Below, piece after piece: positions 1-11,892 of a DNA stretch of 64,000 nt. Location of the stretch: positions 92,534,475 to 92,598,474 of the forward strand of contig NC_068989.1 in NCBI RefSeq assembly GCF_001194135.2, read 5' to 3'. Under the pieces are notes generated by a model. The model saw nothing but the letters and a program-made list of their open reading frames with translations. It made no database searches and was not told where the DNA came from. A program made the translations under genes and the position numbers. This stretch comes from Octopus bimaculoides (lineage: Eukaryota). The first letter of the stretch is position 1. The number at the start of each line of letters is the position of its first letter.

Positions 1-75
1 TATATATATATATGTTATATTTATATATACATATATATATATATTTATATTCATGCATAACGGAACAGTATACTG

Positions 76-109
<34 letters not shown>

Positions 110-420
110 CATGTTTGTATTTGTGTGTGTGTGTGTGTTACGTTTAATTATCTGTGTGTTTATTTCAATCATATTTTTTTTACGTCATATGCTTCTGCGT
201 TTTATATATTTTTGATAAATTTGGTTTTATCCTTTTCTTCTGCTGGTCATGTCTAATACGTTAATAATGTATTTTCTTCTCTCGGTGAGATGTTATGGCA
301 TTTCCAAGACACACACAAAAAAAATTGTTTCTTAAACAAAATTGTTGATCGAGAAAGCGATAACTGGATCATACTGAAATATGACAAAGACAAATAGAAG
401 CTCATTTATCAATAAACATT

Positions 421-480
<60 letters not shown>

Positions 481-1286
481 NNNNNNNNNNNNNNNNNNNN
501 NNNNNNNNNNNNNNNNNNNNNNNNNNNNNNNNNNNNNNNNNNNNNNNNNNNNNNNNNNNNNNNNNNNNNNNNNNNNNNNNNNNNNNNNNNNNNNNNNNNN
601 NNNNNNNNNNNNNNNNNNNNNNNNNNNNNNNNNNNNNNNNNNNNNNNNNNNNNNNNNNNNNNNNNNNNNNNNNNNNNNNNNNNNNNNNNNNNNNNNNNNN
701 NNNNNNNNNNNNNNNNNNNNNNNNNNNNNNNNNNNNNNNNNNNNNNNNNNNNNNNNNNNNNNNNNNNNNNNNNNNNNNNNNNNNNNNNNNNNNNNNNNNN
801 NNNNNNNNNNNNNNNNNNNNNNNNNNNNNNNNNNNNNNNNNNNNNNNNNNNNNNNNNNNNNNNNNNNNNNNNNNNNNNNNNNNNNNNNNNNNNNNNNNNN
901 NNNNNNNNNNNNNNNNNNNNNNNNNNNNNNNNNNNNNNNNNNNNNNNNNNNNNNNNNNNNNNNNNNNNNNNNNNNNNNNNNNNNNNNNNNNNNNNNNNNN
1001 NNNNNNNNNNNNNNNNNNNNNNNNNNNNNNNNNNNNNNNNNNNNNNNNNNNNNNNNNNNNNNNNNNNNNNNNNNNNNNNNNNNNNNNNNNNNNNNNNNNN
1101 NNNNNNNNNNNNNNNNNNNNNNNNNNNNNNNNNNNNNNNNNNNNNNNNNNNNNNNNNNNNNNNNNNNNNNNNNNNNNNNNNNNNNNNNNNNNNNNNNNNN
1201 NNNNNNNNNNNNNNNNNNNNNNNNNNNNNNNNNNNNNNNNNNNNNNNNNNNNNNNNNNNNNNNNNNNNNNNNNNNNNNNNNNNNNT

Positions 1287-1326
<40 letters not shown>

Positions 1327-1699
1327 TAGGAAAACAGAAAGATATCAACGGGCAACAGACAGCGTAGACGAAGCGAAATTTCTATTTCATATATCAACTA
1401 AGCTCTATTCAACCTAGCGTATATATTCAGCCTCTACCCTCAGGTGTCTATCCAAACAAGCATACCACCCTTGTACACTCTCCTTTTCTACATACACGAG
1501 CACGATTTACACACAAACACGCACACACACACACATCTGTGTGTGTGTGTGATTACACATACACACACACACAAATATATATACATATATATATGATATG
1601 CTAGCACACATACATTTATAGTGTGTTGAATCAAACGTTCTGTAATGTTCTGGAAGCGTATTTAGCTGTTGCGATCGCTGGTTCAATTCCTACACCTGA

Positions 1700-1908
1700 G
1701 ATGAGGTGGAAACTTCAGTGACAGAGTTCTTCACCCCGAATGACAAGAACTGGTATCAACACGAGATCAGAGATTTGGCAGAAAGGTGGCTTCAAACAAT
1801 GCCCCACGATGGCCTCTACTTTGAATGCTCGGCTGCTCTTGTTGTAACCTGATGGACAAAGCAAATAAGTCACTGAAATAGAGAAAGACTTTTTCTCAAC
1901 ACAACAAA
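1700..1908 (+). mobile_element. Mariner transposase C-terminal fragment plus probable right end
   Basis: Translates DEVETSVTEFFTPNDKNWYQHEIRDLAERWLQTMPHDGLYFE (stop at 1850-1852), matching the mariner C-terminal pattern (FF..K...WY..GI..L.ERW......G.YF); followed by a short tail ending in (TA)n. Confidence 0.75.
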
Positions 1909-2019
1909 TATATATATATATATTAATAGTAATAGTATGACAACAAAAGAATGAATGAGACCTCGATGTTATGCAAATTGGGGAATTTATCTGTAATATA
2001 ATATGTGACAATTATTCGG

Positions 2020-2093
2020 TTGCCTTAATAGAACTCCGAGTTTCGGATGTCGGGCGGAAATCTGCTCCGGCATCTCGTCAATTATTAAGACAA
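2020..2093 (-). ncRNA. Mirror copy of hammerhead family A (degenerate: C3->U, one stem I mismatch)
   Basis: Minus-strand reading of the left palindrome arm: TTGTCTTAATAA-TTGACGA-...-GAAACTCGGAGTT-CTATTAAGGCAA. Confidence 0.55.
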
Positions 2094-2136
2094 AACAAAA
2101 ATGTTTATATATTCAAGAAATGCAGGCATTTTTGTT

Positions 2137-2210
2137 TTGTCTTAATAACTGACGAGATGCCGGAGCAGATTTCCGCCCGACATCCGAAACTCGGAGTTTT
2201 ATTAAGGCAA
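2137..2210 (+). ncRNA. Type I hammerhead ribozyme motif (family A)
   Basis: Stem I TTGTCTTAATAA(2137-2148)/TTATTAAGGCAA(2199-2210), 12 bp with one GU; core CTGACGA 2149-2155; stem II GATG../..CATC with one extra C before GAAA (2186-2189); palindromic stem III AAACTC-G-GAGTTT; predicted GUU cleavage after 2198. Confidence 0.7.
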
Positions 2211-2330
2211 CCGAATAATTGTCACATATTATTTTACTGGTATATATATATATATATATATGTAACATATGGTAGAATTATAAGCAGGGCAAACTTTTAG
2301 CCATTTCTCCGCAGACTATAAAAAAAAATT

Positions 2331-2380
2331 AACGACCTTAATCGATTTTCGAACTTTACTGGGTTCACATCAGAGGTGTT
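2331..2380 (-). ncRNA. Minimal type I hammerhead motif (family B, copy 1; A9->U)
   Basis: Minus strand: AACACCT-CTGATGT-GAAC ccagtaaa GTTC-GAAA-ATCGATT-A-AGGTcGTT; perfect 4-bp stem II, palindromic AATCGATT stem III, stem I with one bulge. Confidence 0.65.
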
Positions 2381-2622
2381 CTCATCACTTTGACAATCCC
2401 CAGTGAAATAAGCAACCAAACTGTTTATATATTCAACAAATTCAACAGTTACTCTATGAAGAAGTCCCTAATTTGCATACCGAAAGTGCTTAACACACTA
2501 TAAATACCAGCGGAAATCTTAGCACACAGAGTATCGGGGTATAATATAACATATACGTTACATATGGTATAATTTTAAACAGGGCAAATTTTAGCCATTT
2601 CTTCGCTGTCTCTGATTAAGAT

Positions 2623-2666
2623 GAACAACCTTAATCTATTTTCGAAGCTTACTGTGTTCTCTTCAG
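2623..2666 (-). ncRNA. Minimal type I hammerhead motif (family B, copy 2; intact core, 5' stem I truncated)
   Basis: Minus strand: CTGAAGA-GAAC acagtaa GCTTC-GAAA-ATAGATT-A-AGGTTGTTC; the 5' strand of stem I is lost to the adjacent (TA)n. Confidence 0.6.
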
Positions 2667-2667
2667 A

Positions 2668-2714
<47 letters not shown>

Positions 2715-3219
2715 TATTATAGACACAAACACACAGTCACGCACACAGACAGACAGACACACACACACACGCACAGAGAAACACGCAGGCACACACTCAT
2801 ATATGTATATATGTATTGTGAGTAAGTGTGTATATTGGGATATCTACCTTCCTGTTTGCAGATTTACAAACGGGAAAACCCGTTTCTCTATATGTATATG
2901 TGCGTGTATATTTGTGTGTGTATTTGTGTGTGTATATGACTTCCAGGTGAGCGTAGTTGACTTCATAGAGTTTTCCATAAAAGCTGACTTAAACATAACT
3001 ACAACGATGGCTGATCAATTGGGCTTTGGATATAAACACGCACACGTACAGACGTATGCACACGCATACATATACACACACAAACACACGTATTCGCTCA
3101 CGTGTACACTCACATACTGGCACACATAAATATGTGTGTGAGCGTGCATGCGAGTATGTGTATCTGTTTTTACATCTTACATCTTATATAAGCATATATA
3201 TATTATATATATATACAAA

Positions 3220-3269
<50 letters not shown>

Positions 3270-3323
3270 GTATGTGTGTGCATGTATACATATGATGTGT
3301 GCATATATATATATGCATATATA

Positions 3324-3367
<44 letters not shown>

Positions 3368-3724
3368 CATATTATATTATATTATATTATATTACACATA
3401 AATATACACACGCATATATACACATATACATATTTATTCACATATGGAAAGAGTTAAATAGAGATTCAGCGTTCTTTCTTGTAATTATTTTGAAACTTTC
3501 CACACAGAAGGGGCCGAAAATATTTGCTTTTGATCTTTGCAGTAAACAAAAATTACCGACGATCGCCTTGATTTTGCATCACCAGCTTCCGAATCGTCAT
3601 CATCATCACTCTCATCATCATCATCATCATCGTCGTCGTCGTCGTCCTACCTACCAGCCTACTTACCTACCTGCCTACATATATACACACATACATATAG
3701 ACAGAGTGACAGACAGACAATCAG

Positions 3725-3744
3725 GCAGATAGATAGATTGATAT

Positions 3745-3803
<59 letters not shown>

Positions 3804-3907
3804 AATATATAGATAGATAGATACAATAAGATAGATACATTAAGATATATAGATAAATAGATAAGGTAGCTAGATAGATAGATAAATAAACAGATACACA
3901 GATAGCG

Positions 3908-3981
<74 letters not shown>
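3725..3981. repeat. (GATA)n microsatellite
   Basis: Long, partly interrupted GATA array. Confidence 0.95.
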
Positions 3982-4559
3982 GGTTGAGTCATGAAATATA
4001 TACAGATGTGTATATTTCTGATATAGAATGTAATGCTTTTGTTGGTGTGGATATTTATATTTATTATATGAAATGTTGCATTTTAATTTGGGTTCATATC
4101 CCTTGGCTGTTCATATCCGGGAAGAAGAAAGAAAACACGTCCTTCAGTATAGATAAAATTAAGTGAAATACAGAAGAGAAAACACTCAGCATTTTGTCGT
4201 TGGTCCACCTGACTACAGTAGCAAAACGGACAATACATTTCCTCTAGGTTTTACCTGTTGGTAGATTGGAGTTTTGCAAGCCCAACATATGACCATGGGA
4301 CAGTTACAGGAATGGCAGCCCTATCAAGTCCTTCTTATCTCTGGTCAGCTCATATCTTTGGCTCTGAATGATCCCAAACACTTTAGAATATAGTGTGTGA
4401 GTAATAGTTGTAGAACAATATTGTAGAGCAAAAGCAGAAGAATATAATACTATAGTTACATCGATTTAATCTATTATCACGAAAAAAATAACCCGACCAC
4501 CAAACACTGCACCTACAATAGATAGTACAACTTTCTAATACTCTATTCTAAACAAAACG

Positions 4560-4726
4560 TTCTTCTTCTTCTTCTTCTTCTTCTTCTTCTTCTTCTTCTT
4601 CTTCTTCTTCTTCTTCTTCTTCTTCTTCTTCTTCTTCTTCTTCTTCTTCTTCTTCTTCTTCTTCTTCTTCTTCTTCTTCTTCTTCTTCTTCTTCTTCTTC
4701 TTCTTCTTCTTCTTCTTCTTCTTCTT
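4560..4726. repeat. (TTC)n microsatellite, about 55 perfect units
   Basis: Direct reading; source of the poly-Arg pseudo-ORF 4543..4776. Confidence 0.98.
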
Positions 4727-5846
4727 GCCTTATTTGTTTTGTTAATTCTTATTTCTGCATTTCTGAACGTCTTCACTTCTTTTCATTTGTTGCTATTCAC
4801 GTATAGTTATTTCTTGTCTATTTCGTTGTGGTTTCGCTTTATTTTCCTAAACTAAGTTTTTGTTTTTTTGTTTCGATCTTTTCATTTTATTTTGTTTTCC
4901 TTTTCCGGTGGGATTTTTCGTTATTTTCCTTCGTTTTCTATCTTCTTTTATGCTTTTTCTCTTTATGTTACTTTAAAGTCTATAGCAATTCTTTTTCTTT
5001 CTCTTTTAAAATTTGTGTCATGACCTTTTCACATATTGAAGTCGAAGTGAAAGAGAAAATAGATTGAAAGAGAAAGAGAGAAAATTTTAAAAAATAAAAC
5101 AGTTTGTATCTTTTCACCCATCTCTAACTAAACTTATTTCCTTTATTTTCAATAGTTTCTTAATATTTTTCTATATTATTTTTCCATCTATTTTTCTTTT
5201 ATTTTCGCTATATTTATCTTTTTCATTACATTTTGCTACAGCTTACATTTTATGTCGTCGGTTGTCTAAATTTTTATTCAGTGAATTCTTTCGTGTAAAC
5301 ATATATCATATACATCNNNNNNNNNNNNNNNNNNNNNNNNNNNNNNNNNNNNNNNNNNNNNNNNNNNNNNNNNNNNNNNNNNNNNNNNNNNNNNNNNNNN
5401 NNNNNNNNNNNNNNNNNNNNNNNNNNNNNNNNNNNNNNNNNNNNNNNNNNNNNNNNNNNNNNNNNNNNNNNNNNNNNNNNNNNNNNNNNNNNNNNNNNNN
5501 NNNNNNNNNNNNNNNNNNNNNNNNNNNNNNNNNNNNNNNNNNNNNNNNNNNNNNNNNNNNNNNNNNNNNNNNNNNNNNNNNNNNNNNNNNNNNNNNNNNN
5601 NNNNNNNNNNNNNNNNNNNNNNNNNNNNNNNNNNNNNNNNNNNNNNNNNNNNNNNNNNNNNNNNNNNNNNNNNNNNNNNNNNNNNNNNNNNNNNNNNNNN
5701 NNNNNNNNNNNNNNNNNNNNNNNNNNNNNNNNNNNNNNNNNNNNNNNNNNNNNNNNNNNNNNNNNNNNNNNNNNNNNNNNNNNNNNNNNNNNNNNNNNNN
5801 NNNNNNNNNNNNNNNNNNNNNNNNNNNNNNNNNNNNNNNNNNNNNN

Positions 5847-5881
<35 letters not shown>

Positions 5882-6049
5882 CACAAACATATATATACAA
5901 AAACATATATATATACACATATATATATATACATATATATATATACGTATATATATATGTATATATATTTATATATGCGCCTGTGTGTATGTGTGAGTGT
6001 ATGTCGGTATGTATATATAGCATGGCATAAAGATATACGTAATGTACAT

Positions 6050-6091
<42 letters not shown>

Positions 6092-6716
6092 TTGGAGGCA
6101 AAAACCATGAAAGGAAGCAACTGGAATTACTCTCAGGCAATCCTATTACACTCATCTGATATTCCTGGTAAACGTGTATTCTTAATAAGATATCAACCAC
6201 CAGGCAGCACCAGTATCATCTCTGTTGTCGTCTAAAACATATTTCTCGTCCAATTGAACAACACAATCATCAAGACCCTTTATTCTTTAGAAATTCCTAC
6301 TTCTGTCGTCGTCAAAGAGAATTCGAATTTCTTCAGGTAACTAGATTCTAACAAGGCACACTTCGTGAAGTACCACGTGATGAATGACGTCATGTGTTGC
6401 TTGCATTTAGGTAAATGTGTTCTTATGAAGCGGATGTAATTTATGTGTATTCATATATGTGTTACTATGCATGTAAGTCAGTAGAGTATAAGTGCGTGCG
6501 TGTATAATGTGTGCGGGTGTATATTGTATATTTTTACGTGCGTATGCATATGTAAAATGTAACTAATGAGTCACACACACATAAGTAGAAAGTCATATAC
6601 AAATATTTATAATGATGTATATATTTATAAGGATATATACATATGTCTGCGTATGTATATATGTATACATAATATAAATGTATATATATTTATATATACA
6701 TATATATATATATATA

Positions 6717-7858
6717 ATCATAAATATACAGGGATTAGCATTGAGTTGCTTCTCCAACATACTGAAAATTTAGAAATAGCAGTCAAAGAACTACTGATTC
6801 TAAACTACAAATTTTTCTCTAAACGGATGGCGATATTTATGGCACACATAGAACGAAAAACCGGAGGGAAAAGCGTAAACAAAACAAGTCTTTAGTTAAT
6901 TGGATACGAATTTTCGTTCTATGTGTGCCATAAATATCGCCATCCGTTTAGAGAAAAATTTGTAGTTTAGAATCAGTAGTTCTTTGACTGCTATTTCTAA
7001 ATTTTCAGTATGTTGGAGAAGCAACTCAATGCTAATCCCTGTATATTTATGATGATAAATGGTTTTACCGATAAAGGTTTTTTCATACTGAACTACTTGG
7101 CAAAATTGTTAATTATTAATTATATTATTAATTGACGATTCCCTGCCCTTATTCTTGTATATATATATATATATATATACATATGTATGTACGTATGTAT
7201 ATATATGTATANNNNNNNNNNNNNNNNNNNNNNNNNNNNNNNNNNNNNNNNNNNNNNNNNNNNNNNNNNNNNNNNNNNNNNNNNNNNNNNNNNNNNNNNN
7301 NNNNNNNNNNNNNNNNNNNNNNNNNNNNNNNNNNNNNNNNNNNNNNNNNNNNNNNNNNNNNNNNNNNNNNNNNNNNNNNNNNNNNNNNNNNNNNNNNNNN
7401 NNNNNNNNNNNNNNNNNNNNNNNNNNNNNNNNNNNNNNNNNNNNNNNNNNNNNNNNNNNNNNNNNNNNNNNNNNNNNNNNNNNNNNNNNNNNNNNNNNNN
7501 NNNNNNNNNNNNNNNNNNNNNNNNNNNNNNNGTTTTGTTTACGCTTTTCCCTCCGGTTTTTCGTTCTATGTGTGCCATAAATATCGCCATCCGTTTAGAG
7601 AAAAATTTGTAGTTTAGAATCAGTAGTTCTTTGACTGCTATTTCTAAATTTTCAGTATGTTGGAGAAGCAACTCAATGCTAATCCCTGTATATTTATGAT
7701 GATAAATGGTTTTACCGATAAAGGTTTTTTCATACTGAACTACTTGGCAAAATTGTTAATTATTAATTATATTATTAATTGACGATTCCCTGCCCTTATT
7801 CTTGTATATATATATATATATATATACATATGTATGTACGTATGTATATATATGTATA
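6717..7858. repeat. Exact inverted (143-bp arms) plus exact direct (301-bp) duplication around a gap; probable assembly artefact
   Basis: 6717-6859 = reverse complement of 6911-7053; 6911-7211 = 7558-7858; no differences found, even in TA-repeat length. Confidence 0.85.
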
Positions 7859-7881
7859 CATATGTATGTATGTATATATAC

Positions 7882-7934
<53 letters not shown>

Positions 7935-8504
7935 TGGGTGTGTATGTATATGTAAGAATATTATGTATGTGTATGTGTGTATTTGAGAATTGTCAGGTGA
8001 GAGGTGAGAGATGAATGGTTTGAAAAAACAGTTTGGTATTCAGCGAGGGATTTTGTGAAGTGAATAGAAATAGCGATTGATTCATATTGCTACCCGCACA
8101 TGGCGCTCTATATTATAATTATTACATAAACCTATGAAGCTCAGTAGGTCTCCCCTTATTAACTTACATTTGTTCGCTTTATATTGCCCCATAGTTATTT
8201 ATGCACGCACTGACGTAGCGGGATCCACATTAAGAAGTATTTTTATAGAAAGTAGTCCATAAGATTATAGATAGCTTCCCTAGCAACTTTACTATTTGTT
8301 ACTAGTTTTCAGCTTACTAAATTACTTATGTGTGACTCTACCGTATGTGTATTTACAAAGCATCGCTCTCCTTTGATATATTTCCTTCAGCCTTAACATT
8401 GATACTCATAATCAGTGGCACTATATTCCCTAGTTAATTATCGTCCAAAATAACCTCCATTTGCTTCACTGATGAGATATAATAATAACGAAACGCAGCC
8501 ACGG

Positions 8505-8506
<2 letters not shown>

Positions 8507-8567
<61 letters not shown>
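8507..8567. repeat. (ATT)n tract at the 3' junction of the R4/Dong-like element
   Basis: About 20 ATT units abutting the 3' UTR. Confidence 0.95.
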
Positions 8568-9313
8568 GCCTTTGAATAGCTTTTAACGCTGGATATGTAC
8601 TAAGGTAACACCTCTTATTTTTCAAGCACCTTCCAGAGTATTCGAGCGGTTCCAAGCAGTGCTGTTTTCTGCAAGTGCTCCACCCTTTTTGCAGCCCCTA
8701 TTTGTTCCACGTACTTCTCTAGACTTTTGCTCACGGTTCACATGGCTCCGCAAATTATTGGTACTACTGCTACCTTTTTCATCGACCACAACTGCTTAAC
8801 CTCCCAAGCTAACCTGTCATACCTCCCTACTTTTCTTTCTTCCTTATCGCATACCTTGTTGTCAGCTGGGCATGCTATATCTACGATCCAGCATAGTTTG
8901 TTTTCTTTCTCAATTAACACTATGTCTGGCTTCCTTTTCTCCATCTCATGGTCGCACTGAATCATAAAATCCCATAGGGTTTTTGCATTTCTATTTTCTA
9001 CAATGCTTTCAGGTTTATGGTCGTACCAATTTTTTCCTCTGTCAGGTCCATACTTGTTGCAAAGTGTCCAATGGACAAGCCTGGCTATATTATCGTGGCG
9101 TCTGTTATATTCCTTCTGAGCTAGTGGCATACATTGACTGGTAATATGCCATACGGTTTCACTGTCTTGTCCACAGATTCTGCACTTATCACTTTCTGCT
9201 GTGTTGTCTAATTCTATTTTATGTAGTTTGTTCTTAGTGCTTGCACTTGGGCAGCACAAATTAGAGCCTCCGTTTCCGGTTTTAAATCACTTTTAGTCAT
9301 CCACAGCCATCTT
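8568..9313 (-). mobile_element. 5'-truncated R4/Dong-clade non-LTR retrotransposon (CCHC knuckle plus restriction-like endonuclease)
   Basis: WLWMTKSDLKPETEALICAAQ (frameshift) ...CRICGQDSETVWHITSQC...RRHDNIARLVHW...WYDHKP...LWDFMIQCD...KPDIV...VDIACP...VVPIICGA(M*)TVSKSLEKY...LQKTALLGTARILWKVLEK* (stop 8615-8617); 47-bp 3' UTR, then (TAA)n. Confidence 0.9.
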
Positions 9314-11514
9314 TTGTTATCATTATTGTTATTATTTAATGTTTTCTTTGCTGTATCAGTATTTATAATCAAGTTATTTATGACCACTACCTAAAATATG
9401 CTAACCTAGACAGCGTCAACGTTGTTTAGATGTCACGTTAGACTTTACTATTACGAAATAGCTTCCTTACTTGAAGATAGATTAATACCAGCTGCACATT
9501 AATAGCTTTTCTTTAAAACTATCTGTCTACAATTGAAAACAAATCTACACAGCAACATTATTACATCTAATAAATTCTTTGATTTAAAAAAAAGTGGGGG
9601 TTTCTTATTGCCCAACAGACCATTATAATGATTCACAGAAAGGAAAAGGATATGAAGGAAAACTGCAATAAATGCATTAAACAAACTATGATAACGAATA
9701 TCAGAAGAAGGAAGTTCATCTGATTCAATCCACCTTTCAGTATGAATGCTTAGCAATATTATCATACAAATATTATCAGCCATATTTTTCATAATGTGCA
9801 TGAGAAAAACATATCCTCGCCAACTGTAACCATGATATGCTATTCACTAATAAGAGTTAAGTATACATACATACATACATACANNNNNNNNNNNNNNNNN
9901 NNNNNNNNNNNNNNNNNNNNNNNNNNNNNNNNNNNNNNNNNNNNNNNNNNNNNNNNNNNNNNNNNNNNNNNNNNNNNNNNNNNNNNNNNNNNNNNNNNNN
10001 NNNNNNNNNNNNNNNNNNNNNNNNNNNNNNNNNNNNNNNNNNNNNNNNNNNNNNNNNNNNNNNNNNNNNNNNNNNNNNNNNNNNNNNNNNNNNNNNNNNN
10101 NNNNNNNNNNNNNNNNNNNNNNNNNNNNNNNNNNNNNNNNNNNNNNNNNNNNNNNNNNNNNNNNNNNNNNNNNNNNNNNNNNNNNNNNNNNNNNNNNNNN
10201 NNNNNNNNNNNNNNNNNNNNNNNNNNNNNNNNNNNNNNNNNNNNNNNNNTATATATATATATATATATATGCAGGCATATGTGTATGTATGTTTATACGT
10301 ATGATCATATGCAATTTTATTATTAAAAATAAATACTCTGGGTGGCCAGAAGAACAAATTTAGGTATGAAAGAAATACGACCAAAACGCTTTACCAAAAA
10401 CCATACAAAATAAATTCTTACTGTATTGAAATCAATGTGGCGTTGAAAGGCCTTAAAAGAACACAAAGAAGAAATTTCAAACCAACTCCAAAGGGGAAAA
10501 GGTGGTTATCTCAAAGACGGAGCAACGAACCTTCTGAAATAAAACACCGTTTAGGGGGAGTTAAGCTTTTTGTCCTGGCATCAATAATAGAGCTGTAGAC
10601 ACACGTTTCGACTTAATAGGCGTCATTATCACAGTGTTTTCCCACCAATACTCCAGTTACACAGAAGAGTAATTACAACAAAAGTGACATAAGACAAATG
10701 ATTCAAAATGGCATGGCATGATACATTACTGTATACTAAATACAACGCAACATTTATTCTTAATTTATTGATTTTATCTCTGCTATTTTACAGACATTAA
10801 ACAAACTCCTAACGGCAATTGCAATTAAGTTAACAGTGAGATCGGAGTCTGATCAGTGATGGTGAAACTGCTTTAATAAAGCAACACCAAGGAAACTGTG
10901 AATTGTTGTGAACCATATTGTAATGTGTGTGTGTGTGTGTGTGTGTGCGCGTGTGTGTCAGACTGTTTATATTTATATAACGGTAAGGCATTCCCACAAC
11001 CTAGACAAACACGACCAAAATAAAACGGGTATGAAATTTCAGTGTTTTTTGAAAGGAAGACATTTCTTCACACAGCTAATCTTACAATCCTTGAATATAT
11101 GCACACATAGGCGCATGTACAAACACACGCATTCACATACACATATACACAAGCATACACGCATGTGTTAACTCATACAAATGTAACGTGCGCAAAAGAC
11201 CGTTTATTTGATCAGCTTAAGTCGTTTCGAAAGCATTTCATTTTTCTTTTATTAAACTGCAGCATCTGCCGCTTCTATCGAAAACATCGATCTACGTACT
11301 TATTTTTTAAAAGCCTGATATTTATTTTGTTTTATTTTATTTTATTGCTCTCTTTTTGCCAAACTACTACGTTACAGGGACGTAAAGCAACCAGATGCGG
11401 TTTTCAAGCAGTTATGTGGAACAAAAACAATCAGAGTGACACGTACACACACATACACATATATACATATACATACATACATACATACACATGCATGTGT
11501 ATATATACATATAG

Positions 11515-11690
11515 TTGAAATTTACAGAAAAACAAAAGACGAAGACAGGTGAATGAATAACAAGCAGGTGTATTAGTTTGACGGTCGGGAAACTCAGAAT
11601 GTTTTTTATGTTTCGAACCTACGCTCTCCAACAGAAAGGAACACGAGGAAATAAACGAGAGAATATAAAAACTTGTGGATTTAGTGATCA
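11515..11690 (-). mobile_element. Dispersed repeat family D with HHR-like motif, copy 1
   Basis: Homologous to 32442-32610; minus strand 11603-11640 reads CCTTT-CTGTTGG-A-GAGC gtag GTTC-GAAAC-ATA-AAAA. Confidence 0.6.
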
Positions 11691-11703
11691 ATCATGGTGA
11701 CCT

Positions 11704-11751
<48 letters not shown>

Positions 11752-11756
<5 letters not shown>

Positions 11757-11892
11757 CGGGCTTCTTTCAGCTACCAAATCCACCACATAGTTTTGGTCAG
11801 CCAGGGGTTAAAGTTGAAATCATAGATCCAACGTACCACGCAGTAGAACTGAAACCAAGACCACACGTTTGTGAAGCAACCCTTTTACCACG
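11752..11892 (-). mobile_element. tRNA-derived SINE family B, degenerate 5' half
   Basis: Matches the reverse complement of 36291-36450 (gggcttctttcag...taccaaatccac...ccacgcagtagaactgaa). Confidence 0.6.

Larger units (their letters stand above)
1993..2237. repeat. Near-perfect inverted repeat (111-bp arms, 23-nt spacer)
   Basis: 1993-2103 is the reverse complement of 2127-2237 with 3 mismatches. Confidence 0.95.
2263..2670 (-). mobile_element. Retrozyme-like tandem repeat (about 1.4 units, 293-nt period) between (TA)n tracts
   Basis: 2263-2375 and 2558-2670 are diverged direct repeats, each carrying an HHR motif on the minus strand; predicted cleavage positions 2339 and 2632 are 293 nt apart. 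Confidence 0.7.

Noticed and set aside
4240-4400. Apparent minus-strand exon ending at CAG|GTAAAA
   Set aside because: All three frames contain stops.
8466-8500. CTGATGA-gatataataataac-GAAAC-GC hammerhead-like core on +
   Set aside because: No U16.1/H17 and no stem I complement downstream; at best a relic.
10593-10636. GAC..GTC-GAAAC-GTGTGTC half-hammerhead on the minus strand
   Set aside because: CUGANGA core not recoverable (GTGATAAT).
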